From NCBI GenBank assembly GCA_965198875.1, contig CBDAPU010000001.1, positions 495,134-559,133 on the forward strand: a DNA stretch of 64,000 bases, in the 5' to 3' direction. This document shows, piece by piece, positions 42,003 to 52,326 of this stretch. The notes beneath the pieces are model-generated. The model was given only the letters and a program-made list of their open reading frames with translations. It was not told the DNA's origin and searched no databases. The stretch's first letter is position 1. Every line of letters begins with the position of its first letter. The position numbers were made by a program, and so were the translations under genes. Origin of the DNA: Gammaproteobacteria bacterium (GTDB lineage Bacteria; Pseudomonadota; Gammaproteobacteria; Eutrophobiales; Eutrophobiaceae).

Positions 42003-43445
42003 TCAAGTTGAGGTGCCGCCGACCGTCAGCTCATCTATCTTTATGGTAGGTTGCCCGACACCCACGGGAACGGATTGCCCGTCTTTTCCGCAGACGCCGA
42101 TCCCGGCATCAAGCGCCATGTTGTTTCCCACCATAGACACCCGGGTCAGCACATCCGGGCCGTTACCGATCAGGGTTGCGCCTTTTATGGGGGCGGTGAG
42201 TTTGCCTTTCTCAATCATCCATGCCTGGCTTGCACTGAAGACGAACTTGCCATTGGTAATATCCACTTGGCCGCCGCCAAACTCCGAGGCGTAGACGCCC
42301 TTATCCACCGAGGCGATAATCTCATCCGCCTCATATTCACCACCGAGCATATAGGTATTCGTCATGCGGGGCATGGGCAGGTGGGCGTAGGACTCACGCC
42401 GTCCATTACCGGTGGGGCTCATGTTCATTAAGCGGGCGTTTAATTTGTCCTGCATATAGCCCCTTAGAATGCCATCTTCAATGAGTGTGGTTGACTCAGT
42501 GGGCGTTCCCTCATCATCTATGCTCAATGAGCCCCGGCGATTTTCAATGGCGCCGTCATCAACTACGGTGATCCCCGCCGCTGCGATCCGCTGGCCTATT
42601 TTATTGCTGAAGGCGGACGTGCCCTTGCGATTAAAATCACCCTCCAGCCCGTGGCCGATGGCCTCGTGTAATAAAATACCCGGCCAGCCGGGGCCCAGCA
42701 CCACGGTCATGGAGCCGGCCGGCGCCGGAACTGCCTCGAGATTGTTCAGCGCCTGTGTTAGCGCATCATCAATATAGGCATCAACCCGAGCTTCATTTAA
42801 GAAATAGTCATAGCCGAACCGCCCACCACCGCCGGCGGTGCCCCTCTCCAACCTGCCGTTGTTCTCGACAATCACGTTGATATTAAGTCGGATCAGCGGT
42901 CTGATGTCGCCTGCATAGGTGCCATCGCTGCCGGCGATCAAGACCGTTGTGTAAGAGCCACTGAGCCCGGCCATCACCTGTTTTACTCTGGGGTCTTTTC
43001 TACGGGTTTTGGCGTCAATCTGTTTTAGCAGGTTAATTTTTTGCTGAGAGCGGATGGAGGCAAGGGGGCTTGAGCTTGAATACAAAGGCGTTATGTCCCG
43101 GCTTCGCCAGGCCTTTAATGTTTTATCGCCGCCGCTTTTTGCAATCGCGCGCGCCGCTTTGGCGGCATCGGTGAGGGCGGGCAAAATGATGTGATCGGAA
43201 TAGGCAAAACCGGTTTTATCCTCGCTCACCGCCCTGACGCCCACTCCCTGATCAATGCTATGGGCGCCTTCTTTTATCAGGCCCTCTTCCAGGGACCAGG
43301 ACTCGGCTTCGGAAAACTCAAAATACAGATCCGCATAATCGATGTTATTCACCATCATCTGCCCCAGGGTTCTCTCCACATCCGTGACCGCAATCCCCGC
43401 CGGACTGAGTAGTTGTTGCGTGACCAGATCTAGCTGCTGGCTCAT
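42003..43445 (-). CDS. tldD: metalloprotease TldD
   Basis: HEAIGHGLEGD zinc motif. 480 aa, TldD/PmbA family. Confidence 0.9.
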   Translation of the reverse strand: MSQQLDLVTQQLLSPAGIAVTDVERTLGQMMVNNIDYADLYFEFSEAESWSLEEGLIKEGAHSIDQGVGVRAVSEDKTGFAYSDHIILPALTDAAKAARAIAKSGGDKTLKAWRSRDITPLYSSSSPLASIRSQQKINLLKQIDAKTRRKDPRVKQVMAGLSGSYTTVLIAGSDGTYAGDIRPLIRLNINVIVENNGRLERGTAGGGGRFGYDYFLNEARVDAYIDDALTQALNNLEAVPAPAGSMTVVLGPGWPGILLHEAIGHGLEGDFNRKGTSAFSNKIGQRIAAAGITVVDDGAIENRRGSLSIDDEGTPTESTTLIEDGILRGYMQDKLNARLMNMSPTGNGRRESYAHLPMPRMTNTYMLGGEYEADEIIASVDKGVYASEFGGGQVDITNGKFVFSASQAWMIEKGKLTAPIKGATLIGNGPDVLTRVSMVGNNMALDAGIGVCGKDGQSVPVGVGQPTIKIDELTVGGTST

Positions 43446-44287
43446 GGTGACTGCATGCCTATAACCCGATGGTCCAGGGCCGGAAAAGATGCTCTGAGAT
43501 CATGCACCCTCTGGATGCTGATATCAGCGACGGCGACGCCGGGGCCCTCTTCAATACAACATAAGACGTCACCCCAGGGGTCAATGATCATGCTGTGACC
43601 CCAGGTGCGTCTCTTCTCGGTGTTTTGACCGCCCTGGTTGGATGCGATGACATAACACAGGTTCTCCACCGCCCGTGCCCTGAGGAGAAGCTCCCAGTGA
43701 CGTTTGCCAGTTGCATAGGTGAAAGCAGACGGGACGGTCATGATCTCAGCCTGTTGTTTAGCCAATTCCCGATATAACTCCGGGAAGCGCAGATCATAAC
43801 ACACCGTCATGCCGATATGACCCAGCGGTGTTTCAGCTATCACCCTGTTCTCTCCCGGGACGATGGTACTGGATTCGTTGTAGATCTCCTCTTCCCGCTC
43901 ACCCACCTTCACATCAAACAAATGTATTTTGTCATAACGATGGCTGCAAACACCATCAGGGCCGTACAGCAAACAGCTATTGTACACACGGGATGGGTCA
44001 TGGCTTTTTAACGAGCAGGTCCCCGCCATGAGCCAGAGCTCATGTTCTTTGCACTGGTCGGATAAAAATGCCTGTATCGGCCCCTGGCCTGGCGCCTCCC
44101 CCATCTTCACCTTGGCGGTTCCATCATCGCTGATGATGGGGAAATACTCCGGCAACAGGGCAAGTTCAGCGCCCTGCTCAGCCGCTTGCCTGATCAGCGC
44201 CGCCGCCTGCTCAAGATTGGCGGCCACATCAGCCGTGGAGACCATCTGGATTATCGCAACTTTACTCATCCAGGTAGTATACGTCAC
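43442..44287 (-). CDS. carbon-nitrogen hydrolase family protein (nitrilase superfamily)
   Basis: LPEYF (Glu), a catalytic Cys in MTVCYDLRFPE, 281 aa. Overlaps the tldD start by 4 nt. Confidence 0.8.
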   Translation of the reverse strand: MTYTTWMSKVAIIQMVSTADVAANLEQAAALIRQAAEQGAELALLPEYFPIISDDGTAKVKMGEAPGQGPIQAFLSDQCKEHELWLMAGTCSLKSHDPSRVYNSCLLYGPDGVCSHRYDKIHLFDVKVGEREEEIYNESSTIVPGENRVIAETPLGHIGMTVCYDLRFPELYRELAKQQAEIMTVPSAFTYATGKRHWELLLRARAVENLCYVIASNQGGQNTEKRRTWGHSMIIDPWGDVLCCIEEGPGVAVADISIQRVHDLRASFPALDHRVIGMQSP

Positions 44288-44401
44288 TCACCTGCATGCA
44301 AACAGGGTTTCTGATCAGATAGCCTATGCCGTATACTCCTTGAGTTTTTGTGACGCACTGTCTTTGATAGAGGCGAGATAGCATTTCATCAGGCTTGGTT
44401 A

Positions 44402-45721
44402 ATGGCGAACAGGGTTCCAGTTAAAATAGGGCTACTCGGTTTAGGCACTGTGGGTGGCGGCACGGTCACGGCGTTGACGCATAATGCCGCTGAGATTGCC
44501 CGGCGTACCGGTCGCAACATCATCATCCATCATGCGGCGGCCAGGGAATACGACGCCGATGGGATCGAGGGGCTGGGGCAAATAGAGAAGATAGGTGATG
44601 ATCCCTTTGCGGTGGTTGACGATACGGAGGTGGATATCATCATTGAGTTGATCGGTGGTTATTCACCGGCAAAAGAGCTGGCCTTGCGAGCGATAAAAAA
44701 CAAAAAACACCTGGTGAGCGCTAACAAGGCCCTGATCGCAACCCACGGTAATGAGCTGTTTGCCGCGGCTCGGCAGAGTGGCGTCACGGTTGCTTTCGAG
44801 GCGGCGGTGGGCGGTGGCATCCCCATTATTAAAGCGATGCGTGAGGGTCTGGCTACAAACCAGATTCAATGGCTCGCAGGGATCATCAATGGTACGGGCA
44901 ACTTCATTCTCACCCAGATGCGTGATAAGGGCCGGGATTTTGATCCGGCATTAAGGGAAGCCCAAGCTCTCGGTTATGCAGAGGCGCAGCCGACACTCGA
45001 TGTGGAAGGCATTGATGCGGCCCATAAATTAACCATCCTCGGCTCCATCGCCTTTGGCATTCCCCTGCAATTTGATAAAACCTATATAGAAGGGATCAGC
45101 GACATTGAACAACAGGATGTGGCCTACGCCGATGAGTTAGGCTATCAAATCAAACATTTAGGCTTGGCCAAAAGGACGGGTAGCGGTATTGAACTCAGGG
45201 TGCATCCCACTTTCATTCCGAAGAGAAAATTGCTCGCCAATGTGGATGGCGTCATGAACGCCGTGCTGGTGCAGGGCGATGTGGCGGGGCCGACATTATA
45301 TTACGGCGCCGGCGCCGGCGCACTGCCCACGGCCTCCGCTGTTATCGCCGATGTTATTGATGTTGTCCGCTCGCTTGGGGCCGCCCCTGAAAACCGCGTA
45401 CCGGATCTGGCGTTTCAGCCTGAGGCCCTGTCCGCCCTGCCGGTGCTGGAGATGGAGCAGGTACAGACAGCGTATTATCTGCGGATGCATGCCATAGATG
45501 AGCCCGGCGTCTTATCCAGGGTGACGGCTATTTTGGCTGCGCTCGATATCAGCATTGAGGCCATAGTGCAGAAAGAGCCGCAACACAGCGCCGGCCATGT
45601 GCCGGTGATCTTGCTCACTCAACCGGTGCTTGAGAAGAGCATGAATGAGGCGATGGCGCAGATAGAAGCCCTGGATTCAATTAGATCCGTACGCCGCATC
45701 CGGGTTGAATCGCTGGATTAG
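44402..45721 (+). CDS. hom: homoserine dehydrogenase
   Basis: GLLGLGTVGGG NAD-binding motif, VSANKALIA, and a C-terminal ACT-like domain. 439 aa. Confidence 0.9.
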   Translation: MANRVPVKIGLLGLGTVGGGTVTALTHNAAEIARRTGRNIIIHHAAAREYDADGIEGLGQIEKIGDDPFAVVDDTEVDIIIELIGGYSPAKELALRAIKNKKHLVSANKALIATHGNELFAAARQSGVTVAFEAAVGGGIPIIKAMREGLATNQIQWLAGIINGTGNFILTQMRDKGRDFDPALREAQALGYAEAQPTLDVEGIDAAHKLTILGSIAFGIPLQFDKTYIEGISDIEQQDVAYADELGYQIKHLGLAKRTGSGIELRVHPTFIPKRKLLANVDGVMNAVLVQGDVAGPTLYYGAGAGALPTASAVIADVIDVVRSLGAAPENRVPDLAFQPEALSALPVLEMEQVQTAYYLRMHAIDEPGVLSRVTAILAALDISIEAIVQKEPQHSAGHVPVILLTQPVLEKSMNEAMAQIEALDSIRSVRRIRVESLD

Positions 45722-45722
45722 A

Positions 45723-46841
45723 ATGAGAGGATATTCCGGCCTGATTGAACGTTATCGCGAGCGCCTGCCTGTTGATGATAACACCCGCATTATTACCCTC
45801 GGCGAGGGCGATACGCCATTGGTGGCGCTTGAAAACATGCCCGCACTACTGGGTAGAGATGTTGAGTTATACGTCAAATATGAGGGTCTGAACCCCACCG
45901 GCTCATTCAAAGATCGCGGCATGACCATGGCCATGACCCAGGCTGTGAATGCCGGCTCACAAGCGGTGATCTGTGCATCAACCGGAAACACCTCGGCCTC
46001 TGCGGCGGCCTATGCCGCCAGGGCCGGGATCAGGTGCTATGTGCTTATCCCGGACGGAAACATCGCCATGGGAAAACTGGCCCAGGCGATGATGCACGGT
46101 GCGATCGTGATGCAGATAGTGGGCAACTTCGATGATGGCATGCGTCTGGTTAAGGAAGTGGCCGATGAGGCGCCGATCACCCTGGTCAACTCAATCAATC
46201 CCTATCGGCTACAGGGGCAGAAAACCGCCGCATTTGAAATAGTGGATGCGCTGGGGCGGGCTCCGGATTTTCATTGTTTGCCTGTGGGTAACGCCGGCAA
46301 TATTGCCGCCTATTGGACGGGTTACAGCGAATATGCAGGACAGCGGACAACAGCATGTCGCTTCTGCCGGGATAGCTGTCATTACCCGCTTGCTCCGATC
46401 ATCGATACATTACCGGTCATGCTGGGTTATCAGGCAAGCGGGGCGGCGCCATTTTTGCATGGGGAGATGATCCGTGCGCCGGAAACCGTGGCCAGTGCGA
46501 TCCGTATTGGTCAACCGCAGTCATGGGAGCTGGCCTGGGCGGCCAGTGAAGAGTCCGCCGGCTGGTTTGATGCGTTCAGCGATGAGGAAATACTGGCGAC
46601 ACAGGCCATGCTCGCAGATCAGGAAGGCATTTTTTGCGAGCCGGCCTCGGCGGTAGCCGTTGCCGGCGCCGTCAGGGATATAAAGACAGGCAAGATCCCG
46701 GAGGGGAGCATCGTCACCTGTACCCTGACGGGACATGGCTTAAAGGACACGGATATTGCCATAGCACAGAGCAAGGCGCCGGTGACAACAGTCTCTGCCA
46801 ACCTGGATGCCGTGAAGAGGGTGATACTTGATCATATATAA
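45723..46841 (+). CDS. thrC: threonine synthase (short form)
   Basis: MRGYSGLIERYRERLPV...GEGDTPLV N-terminus and PLP lysine motif NPTGSFKDRGM. ATG 45723 lies 1 nt after the hom stop. Confidence 0.9.
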   Translation: MRGYSGLIERYRERLPVDDNTRIITLGEGDTPLVALENMPALLGRDVELYVKYEGLNPTGSFKDRGMTMAMTQAVNAGSQAVICASTGNTSASAAAYAARAGIRCYVLIPDGNIAMGKLAQAMMHGAIVMQIVGNFDDGMRLVKEVADEAPITLVNSINPYRLQGQKTAAFEIVDALGRAPDFHCLPVGNAGNIAAYWTGYSEYAGQRTTACRFCRDSCHYPLAPIIDTLPVMLGYQASGAAPFLHGEMIRAPETVASAIRIGQPQSWELAWAASEESAGWFDAFSDEEILATQAMLADQEGIFCEPASAVAVAGAVRDIKTGKIPEGSIVTCTLTGHGLKDTDIAIAQSKAPVTTVSANLDAVKRVILDHI

Positions 46842-47187
46842 AAAGCCCTGAATGTCATCCATGAACTATCAGGGCACGACAAACAAAAAGTATGATTTTT
46901 GTTGGCTCTCATTTTCAATGACTTAACAGTCATTAAAAATGGCGCTACATCCCTGTACCACAGGAAACCCTGAATGAATCAGCGTTGTCATGAGCTCAAT
47001 TTTAAGATCTGTTTTTAATAGTTGCCGATAATGGGTAGCGCATGACGTCAGTCACATTCCTCATCCCCGGCCTGTCTGTCCCGAAATGAAACGCCCTTTC
47101 CATGTTGTTGCCGTTGAAAAAATGGGGAGAAGAGAAAGGCGCTCGCATTTATCCCTGCATCCTGATTGAGGATCCTGATTGACATCC

Positions 47188-48906
47188 ATGAAAATCGTCC
47201 AACGTCACACCATCAAGCACACATTGCCACAGGAGATGCATCCCGTCATACGACGCATTTATTCGGGTAGAGGTATCGCATCATTACAGGATCTTGATTA
47301 TGCATTGGAAAACCTGCTTTCATTTAACGCTATTCGCAATATTGACGCCGCGGTTGATGTGCTTGTTAAGGCCATAGGGGATAATAAAAAAATCCTCATC
47401 ATCGCCGATTATGATGCGGACGGGGCCACCGCCTGCGCCCTTGCGATACGGGGGTTGTCGCAGTTGGGGGCTACCCATGTTGATTTTCTGGTGCCGGATC
47501 GGGTAAGGCACGGGTATGGTCTGAGTACGGATGTCGCCAGACTGGCGCTGGAGTTTGACCCGGATTTGCTCATAACCGTCGACAACGGTATCGCCAGTAT
47601 TGAAGGTGTTAAATATGTGCGCGCCGCCGGCGTGGATGTGTTGATCACCGATCATCATCTACCGGGGGATGAGTTGCCTGAGGCCACCGTCATCATTAAC
47701 CCAAACCAGCAAGGCGATGCCTTCCCGAGCAAGTGTATCGCCGGCGTCGGCGTGATGTTCTATGTGTTGCTGGCGGTGCGCTCAAGGTTACGAGAGCTGG
47801 GCTGGTTTGAAGATAAGGCGATCAGCTCGCCTAATTTCGCACACATGCTGGACCTGGTGGCCCTCGGCACCATTGCCGATGTGGTGGAGCTGGATCTGAA
47901 TAATCGTATTCTTATCGCCCAGGGTCTCAGGCGGATCAATTCACGGATCTGCTCGCCGGGCATGCTGGCGCTCATCCATGTGGCTAATCGTGTGCCTGAG
48001 AAAGTGACGTCCACTGATCTGGGTTTTGCACTTGCGCCCCGGCTAAATGCGGCGGGGCGCCTGGATGACATGAGTTTAGGCATAGCCTGTTTGCTCACGG
48101 ATGATTTCTCCCATGCACTTTCTCTGGCCCAAAGGCTGGACACACTCAACCAGGAAAGAAAACGAATACAGCGTGATATGCAGGCAGAGGCGGAGGCCTT
48201 GCTGGATGAAGCCCAGCCGTTACAACACAATGCCTTGCCCATGGGGATCTGCCTGTATGATGATAAATGGCACCAGGGCGTTATCGGCGTGCTCGCCGGC
48301 AGGGTAAAGGACCGGCTCAATCGGCCGGTGTTCATCTTTGCCCGTGATGATGAGGGCCTGTTAAAAGGTTCCGGGCGTTCCCTCTCGGGGATACATCTGA
48401 AAGATGTACTGGACGCCCTGGCGAGAGAGAACCCGCAGTTGATAGAAAAATTCGGCGGTCATGCCATGGCGGCGGGATTAACGATAAAGCAACAACACTA
48501 CGCCTTATTCAAAACCCTGTTCAATGATGCGATCACACGTTTGACCCGACGTCAACCCATCGGTGATGATATTGAAACCGATGGCGAGCTGGCGGCTGAT
48601 CAGTTTAGCTTGGGGCTGGCCAGAGAAATCGAAAATGCAGGCCCCTGGGGACAGGGCTTTGCAGAGCCGTTATTTAACGGGCGCTTCTCAGTGGCGGATG
48701 TGCGCGTTATCGCCGGCAGGCACCTGAAATTCAAACTACAGGCGGAAAATTCCGAACAACTGATCGATGCGATTTCTTTTTATAGCAGTGATGATGTGCG
48801 TGTTAAGGAGGCCGATAGCCTGGAGCTGATCTACCAGCTCTGCGTTAATGACTATAACGGCCATCCATCCCCGCAACTCATCATCAAACATCTCGCCCCC
48901 TGTTGA
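47188..48906 (+). CDS. recJ: single-stranded-DNA-specific exonuclease RecJ
   Basis: DHH family motifs (IIADYDADGAT, LITVDNG, ITDHHLPG). ATG 47188 is the fourth codon of the tracked ORF. Confidence 0.95.
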   Translation: MKIVQRHTIKHTLPQEMHPVIRRIYSGRGIASLQDLDYALENLLSFNAIRNIDAAVDVLVKAIGDNKKILIIADYDADGATACALAIRGLSQLGATHVDFLVPDRVRHGYGLSTDVARLALEFDPDLLITVDNGIASIEGVKYVRAAGVDVLITDHHLPGDELPEATVIINPNQQGDAFPSKCIAGVGVMFYVLLAVRSRLRELGWFEDKAISSPNFAHMLDLVALGTIADVVELDLNNRILIAQGLRRINSRICSPGMLALIHVANRVPEKVTSTDLGFALAPRLNAAGRLDDMSLGIACLLTDDFSHALSLAQRLDTLNQERKRIQRDMQAEAEALLDEAQPLQHNALPMGICLYDDKWHQGVIGVLAGRVKDRLNRPVFIFARDDEGLLKGSGRSLSGIHLKDVLDALARENPQLIEKFGGHAMAAGLTIKQQHYALFKTLFNDAITRLTRRQPIGDDIETDGELAADQFSLGLAREIENAGPWGQGFAEPLFNGRFSVADVRVIAGRHLKFKLQAENSEQLIDAISFYSSDDVRVKEADSLELIYQLCVNDYNGHPSPQLIIKHLAPC

Positions 48907-49045
48907 TGTGAACCTGCCTGAAAACCGCTGATCTGTAAGATAAGGTTCTGCTCCCGACTTCTCCTCTTGCTATTTCAGCGCTCTTAAAACGCCATTTGTG
49001 AATATGCTATAGTAGGACTTTCCTTCACATCAGCATAGCGAGAGC

Positions 49046-50144
49046 ATGTTAGAGTTCACATCAACAATCAGCCGCATTAAAGCCATCCAGGGGAGACTAG
49101 CTCCCTTGAGGAGGTATCTTTGACTTTGAAACAAAGTCAGAGCGTCTGATTGAAGTTGGCCGTGAGCTGGAAGATCCGAACATCTGGCGTGATCCGGAAA
49201 AAGCCCAGGGTTTGGGAAAAGAGCGGGCCGATCTTGAAAAAACAGTACACACCATAGCATCTCTCATCGCCGGTATTCGTGACGCTGAGGCATTACTTGA
49301 GCTGGCGAGGCAGGAGAATGACGCCAGTTTTCTTGAGGCCATCAACGCTGATCTGGACGGGTTTACCGCGCAGTTGGAAAAACTGGAATTTCACAGGATG
49401 TTCGCCGGCGAGATGGATGCGAGCAATGCATTTTTAGACATCCAGGCCGGCTCCGGGGGAACGGAAGCGCAGGATTGGGCGGAGATGTTGTTGCGGATGT
49501 ATTTACGCTGGGGTGAGCAGCATGATTTCAAAGCGGAATTAATGGCCCTATCACCGGGGGAGGTGGCCGGCATAAAAAGCGCCACCATCCGTTGTGGCGG
49601 TGATCATGCCTATGGCTGGTTACGCACAGAAACCGGCGTGCACAGGCTGGTGAGGAAATCACCGTTTGACTCCGGCAATCGGCGTCATACCTCGTTTGCC
49701 TCGGTGTTCGTTGCACCGGAAATTGATGATGACATTGAAGTTCATATCAACCCGGCCGATTTACGCATTGATACGTACCGGGCCAGTGGCGCTGGCGGGC
49801 AGCATGTCAATAAAACCGACTCGGCCGTCAGGTTGACCCATGAACCTACCGGCACAGTAGTGCAGTGCCAGAATGATCGCTCCCAGCATAAGAATAAAGA
49901 GCAGGCCATGAAACAGTTGCGGGCAAAACTCTATGAGCTGGCATTGCAAAAACGCGCCGTGGAGCAACAGGCGCTGGAAGAGGCCAAAGCCGATATTGGT
50001 TGGGGCAGTCAAATTCGCTCCTATGTGCTGGATCAGTCGAGAATTAAGGATCTGCGTACCGGTGTGGAAGTGAGCAACACCCAGGCGGTACTGGATGGCG
50101 CCCTGGATGAATTTATTGAGGCCAGCCTTAAAGCCGGGATATAA
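49046..50144 (+). CDS. prfB: peptide chain release factor 2 (requires programmed +1 frameshift at 49121)
   Basis: ORF0 (ATG 49046, 25 codons) ends ...AGG AGG TAT CTT TGA. Shifting +1 (GAC at 49122) continues in frame into ORF 49212..50144, which carries SPF (KSPFDS) and GGQ (SGAGGQHVN). Confidence 0.95.
49109..49124 (+). promoter_or_regulatory. prfB programmed +1 frameshift site (internal SD-like AGGAGG + CTT TGA C)
   Basis: aggaggtatctttgac matches the classical E. coli prfB recoding signal (SD-like element, 3-nt spacer, slippery CUU, UGA C). Confidence 0.9.
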
Positions 50145-50162
50145 CAGCCATTAACCTTCAAA

Positions 50163-51650
50163 ATGACGAGAGATAACGACAATAACATCATCAAACAACG
50201 CCGTGCCCAGCTTCAGGCGCTGCGTGAACATGGACTGGCCTACCCAAACGACTTCAGACGTGATGTGCTGGCGGCCGAGATCCATGAGCGCTACGGCAAC
50301 GAAGAGAAAGAAGCGCTGGCGCAGGTGGCGGAAAATGTCTCGCTTGCCGGGCGCATGATGAGCCGTCGCATCATGGGCAAAGCATCATTTGCACATATCC
50401 AGGACATGTCGGGCCGCATCCAGCTCTTCATCAAGCGAGATGCTGTCTCTGAGAGTAGCTATGCGGATTTTAAGAGATGGGATATCGGCGATCTCATTGG
50501 CGCAACTGGTGCTGTGTTTAAGACGAAGACCGGGGAGTTATCCATACAGGTTCACGCTATCAGGTTGCTTGCTAAGTCATTAAGACCACTGCCGGAGAAA
50601 TTTCATGGTCTTGCCGATCAGGAAACCCGCTACCGTCAACGCTATCTGGATCTGCTCACCAATGAGCAGACGAGAGAGATGTTTCAAACGCGCTCCCGTG
50701 TGATTCATCACATCAGGGATTATTTAGCCACGTCCGGTTTTCTGGAGGTGGAAACACCCATGATGCACGCCATACCCGGCGGCGCCACGGCTAGACCTTT
50801 TATCACCCACCATAACGCACTGGATATGGATCTGTATTTGCGTATTGCGCCGGAGTTGTATTTGAAAAGGTTGCTGATCGGCGGGCTGGAAAAAGTCTTT
50901 GAAATCAATCGAAGTTTCCGAAATGAAGGTCTCTCGCCCAGGCATAACCCGGAGTTCACCATGCTTGAGTTTTACTGGGCCTATGTAGACTATGAAGACC
51001 TGATGGTGTTCACGGAGGACTTGCTGCGCTCATTGGTCTCAAGGATAAAAGGGGGCACGATAATCCAATATCAGGGAGAGACCTGTGATGTAAGCCGACC
51101 GTTTCCTCGTATGACGATGCTGGAAGCCGTACTCCACTACAACCGGGATCTATCGGCAGCGGATTTAACGGATAGAGACAGGCTGGCCGATATAGTCCAT
51201 AAAATGAACCTGGATGTTAAAGATAGTGATGGCCTCGGCAAACTCCAGCTTGCGCTTTTCGAGAAGACGGTTGAGCGGGATCTTAAAGAACCCACGTTTA
51301 TCACCCGTTATCCGGCGGAAGTCTCCCCCTTATCAAGACGTAACGATGCTGATACGGATATGACTGATCGGTTCGAGTTTTTCATCGGCGGCAGGGAGAT
51401 CGCCAATGGTTTCTCCGAGTTGAATGATCCTGATGATCAGGCGGCGCGTTTTCGCATACAGGCTGAAGAGAAAGCCGCTGGTGATGAGGCGGCCATGCAC
51501 TATGATCACGATTACATTACCGCCCTGGAATACGGCATGCCGCCTGCCGCTGGAGAGGGGATCGGCATAGACAGGCTGGTGATGTTGCTCACTGATGCGC
51601 CCTCCATTCGAGACGTCATATTATTCCCGCATATGAAAAACAGGGAATAA
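50163..51650 (+). CDS. lysS: lysine--tRNA ligase (class II)
   Basis: FRNEGLSPRHNPEFTMLEFY motif 2 region. 495 aa. Follows prfB as in E. coli. Confidence 0.95.
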   Translation: MTRDNDNNIIKQRRAQLQALREHGLAYPNDFRRDVLAAEIHERYGNEEKEALAQVAENVSLAGRMMSRRIMGKASFAHIQDMSGRIQLFIKRDAVSESSYADFKRWDIGDLIGATGAVFKTKTGELSIQVHAIRLLAKSLRPLPEKFHGLADQETRYRQRYLDLLTNEQTREMFQTRSRVIHHIRDYLATSGFLEVETPMMHAIPGGATARPFITHHNALDMDLYLRIAPELYLKRLLIGGLEKVFEINRSFRNEGLSPRHNPEFTMLEFYWAYVDYEDLMVFTEDLLRSLVSRIKGGTIIQYQGETCDVSRPFPRMTMLEAVLHYNRDLSAADLTDRDRLADIVHKMNLDVKDSDGLGKLQLALFEKTVERDLKEPTFITRYPAEVSPLSRRNDADTDMTDRFEFFIGGREIANGFSELNDPDDQAARFRIQAEEKAAGDEAAMHYDHDYITALEYGMPPAAGEGIGIDRLVMLLTDAPSIRDVILFPHMKNRE

Positions 51651-51891
51651 TGTCTTGATATGGAAAGCAAATTGCCTTGATGACATGCCGGGTCTGGCCA
51701 CTGAAATGCGGGAGTATCGCCCGCTAATTGCCGTTAATCGAGAACTTTCCCATTTCCATACAGTCCATAACATGTGAATAAAACGGGGCGGTGATCATTC
51801 AGCATGATATACTCCCCGGGCTCTTTGTAGCGCAACAACACGTCACTCATGACGAACTCTATGATCAACCAATTTAAGGAGGAACCCTTAG

Positions 51892-52308
51892 ATGTCGAAG
51901 AAAACAACTCTAAAACCAATAGCCGCCGCCCTGGGCGCGACTTTCGCCGTTTCTCTGGCCGCCAGCCCTGTTGCTAACGCTGCCGAGAATCCTTTTAGCA
52001 TGACCGAGCTGTCCAATGGCGGTTACATGGTGGCGGGCAATCATGGTGAGGGCAAATGCGGTGAAGGCAGGTGCGGCGGTGAGCACGAAAGTGGTGAGAA
52101 GGAAAGCGAAGGCAAATGTGGCGAAGGCAGGTGCGGCCATGAGAAGGAAAGCGAAGAGAAATGCGACGATGAGGAGGAAGGCGAAGAGAAATGCGACGAT
52201 GAGAAGGAAAGCGAAGGCAAGTGCGGCGAAGGCAAGTGCGGTGGTGAGCACGAAAGTGGTGAGAAAGACAGTGAAGGGAAATGCGGCGAAGGCAAGTGCG
52301 GTAGTTAA
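51892..52308 (+). CDS. secreted Cys-repeat RiPP precursor peptide (EGKCGEG(K/R)CG repeats; HvfA/bufferin-like candidate metallophore)
   Basis: AAGGAGG lies 8 nt upstream. Sec signal MSKKTTLKPIAAALGATFAVSLAASPVANA|AE. The 87-residue C-terminal region uses only G/E/K/C/R/H/S/D and has 10 Cys. It sits directly upstream of the DUF692 and DUF2063 genes. Confidence 0.75.
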   Translation: MSKKTTLKPIAAALGATFAVSLAASPVANAAENPFSMTELSNGGYMVAGNHGEGKCGEGRCGGEHESGEKESEGKCGEGRCGHEKESEEKCDDEEEGEEKCDDEKESEGKCGEGKCGGEHESGEKDSEGKCGEGKCGS

Positions 52309-52326
52309 ATCACTTCAATCCCTACC

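Noticed and set aside
46845-46934. Three small hairpins after thrC (gccctga/tcagggc, aacaaaaa/tttttgtt, aatgact/agtcatt)
   Set aside because: The stems are short and mostly AT-rich, and none has a proper T-tract. They are too weak to call a terminator or an RNA element.
47760-48335. 191-aa minus-strand ORF
   Set aside because: Antisense to recJ, and Ser/Arg/Ala-rich as is typical of an antisense frame in a GC-rich gene.
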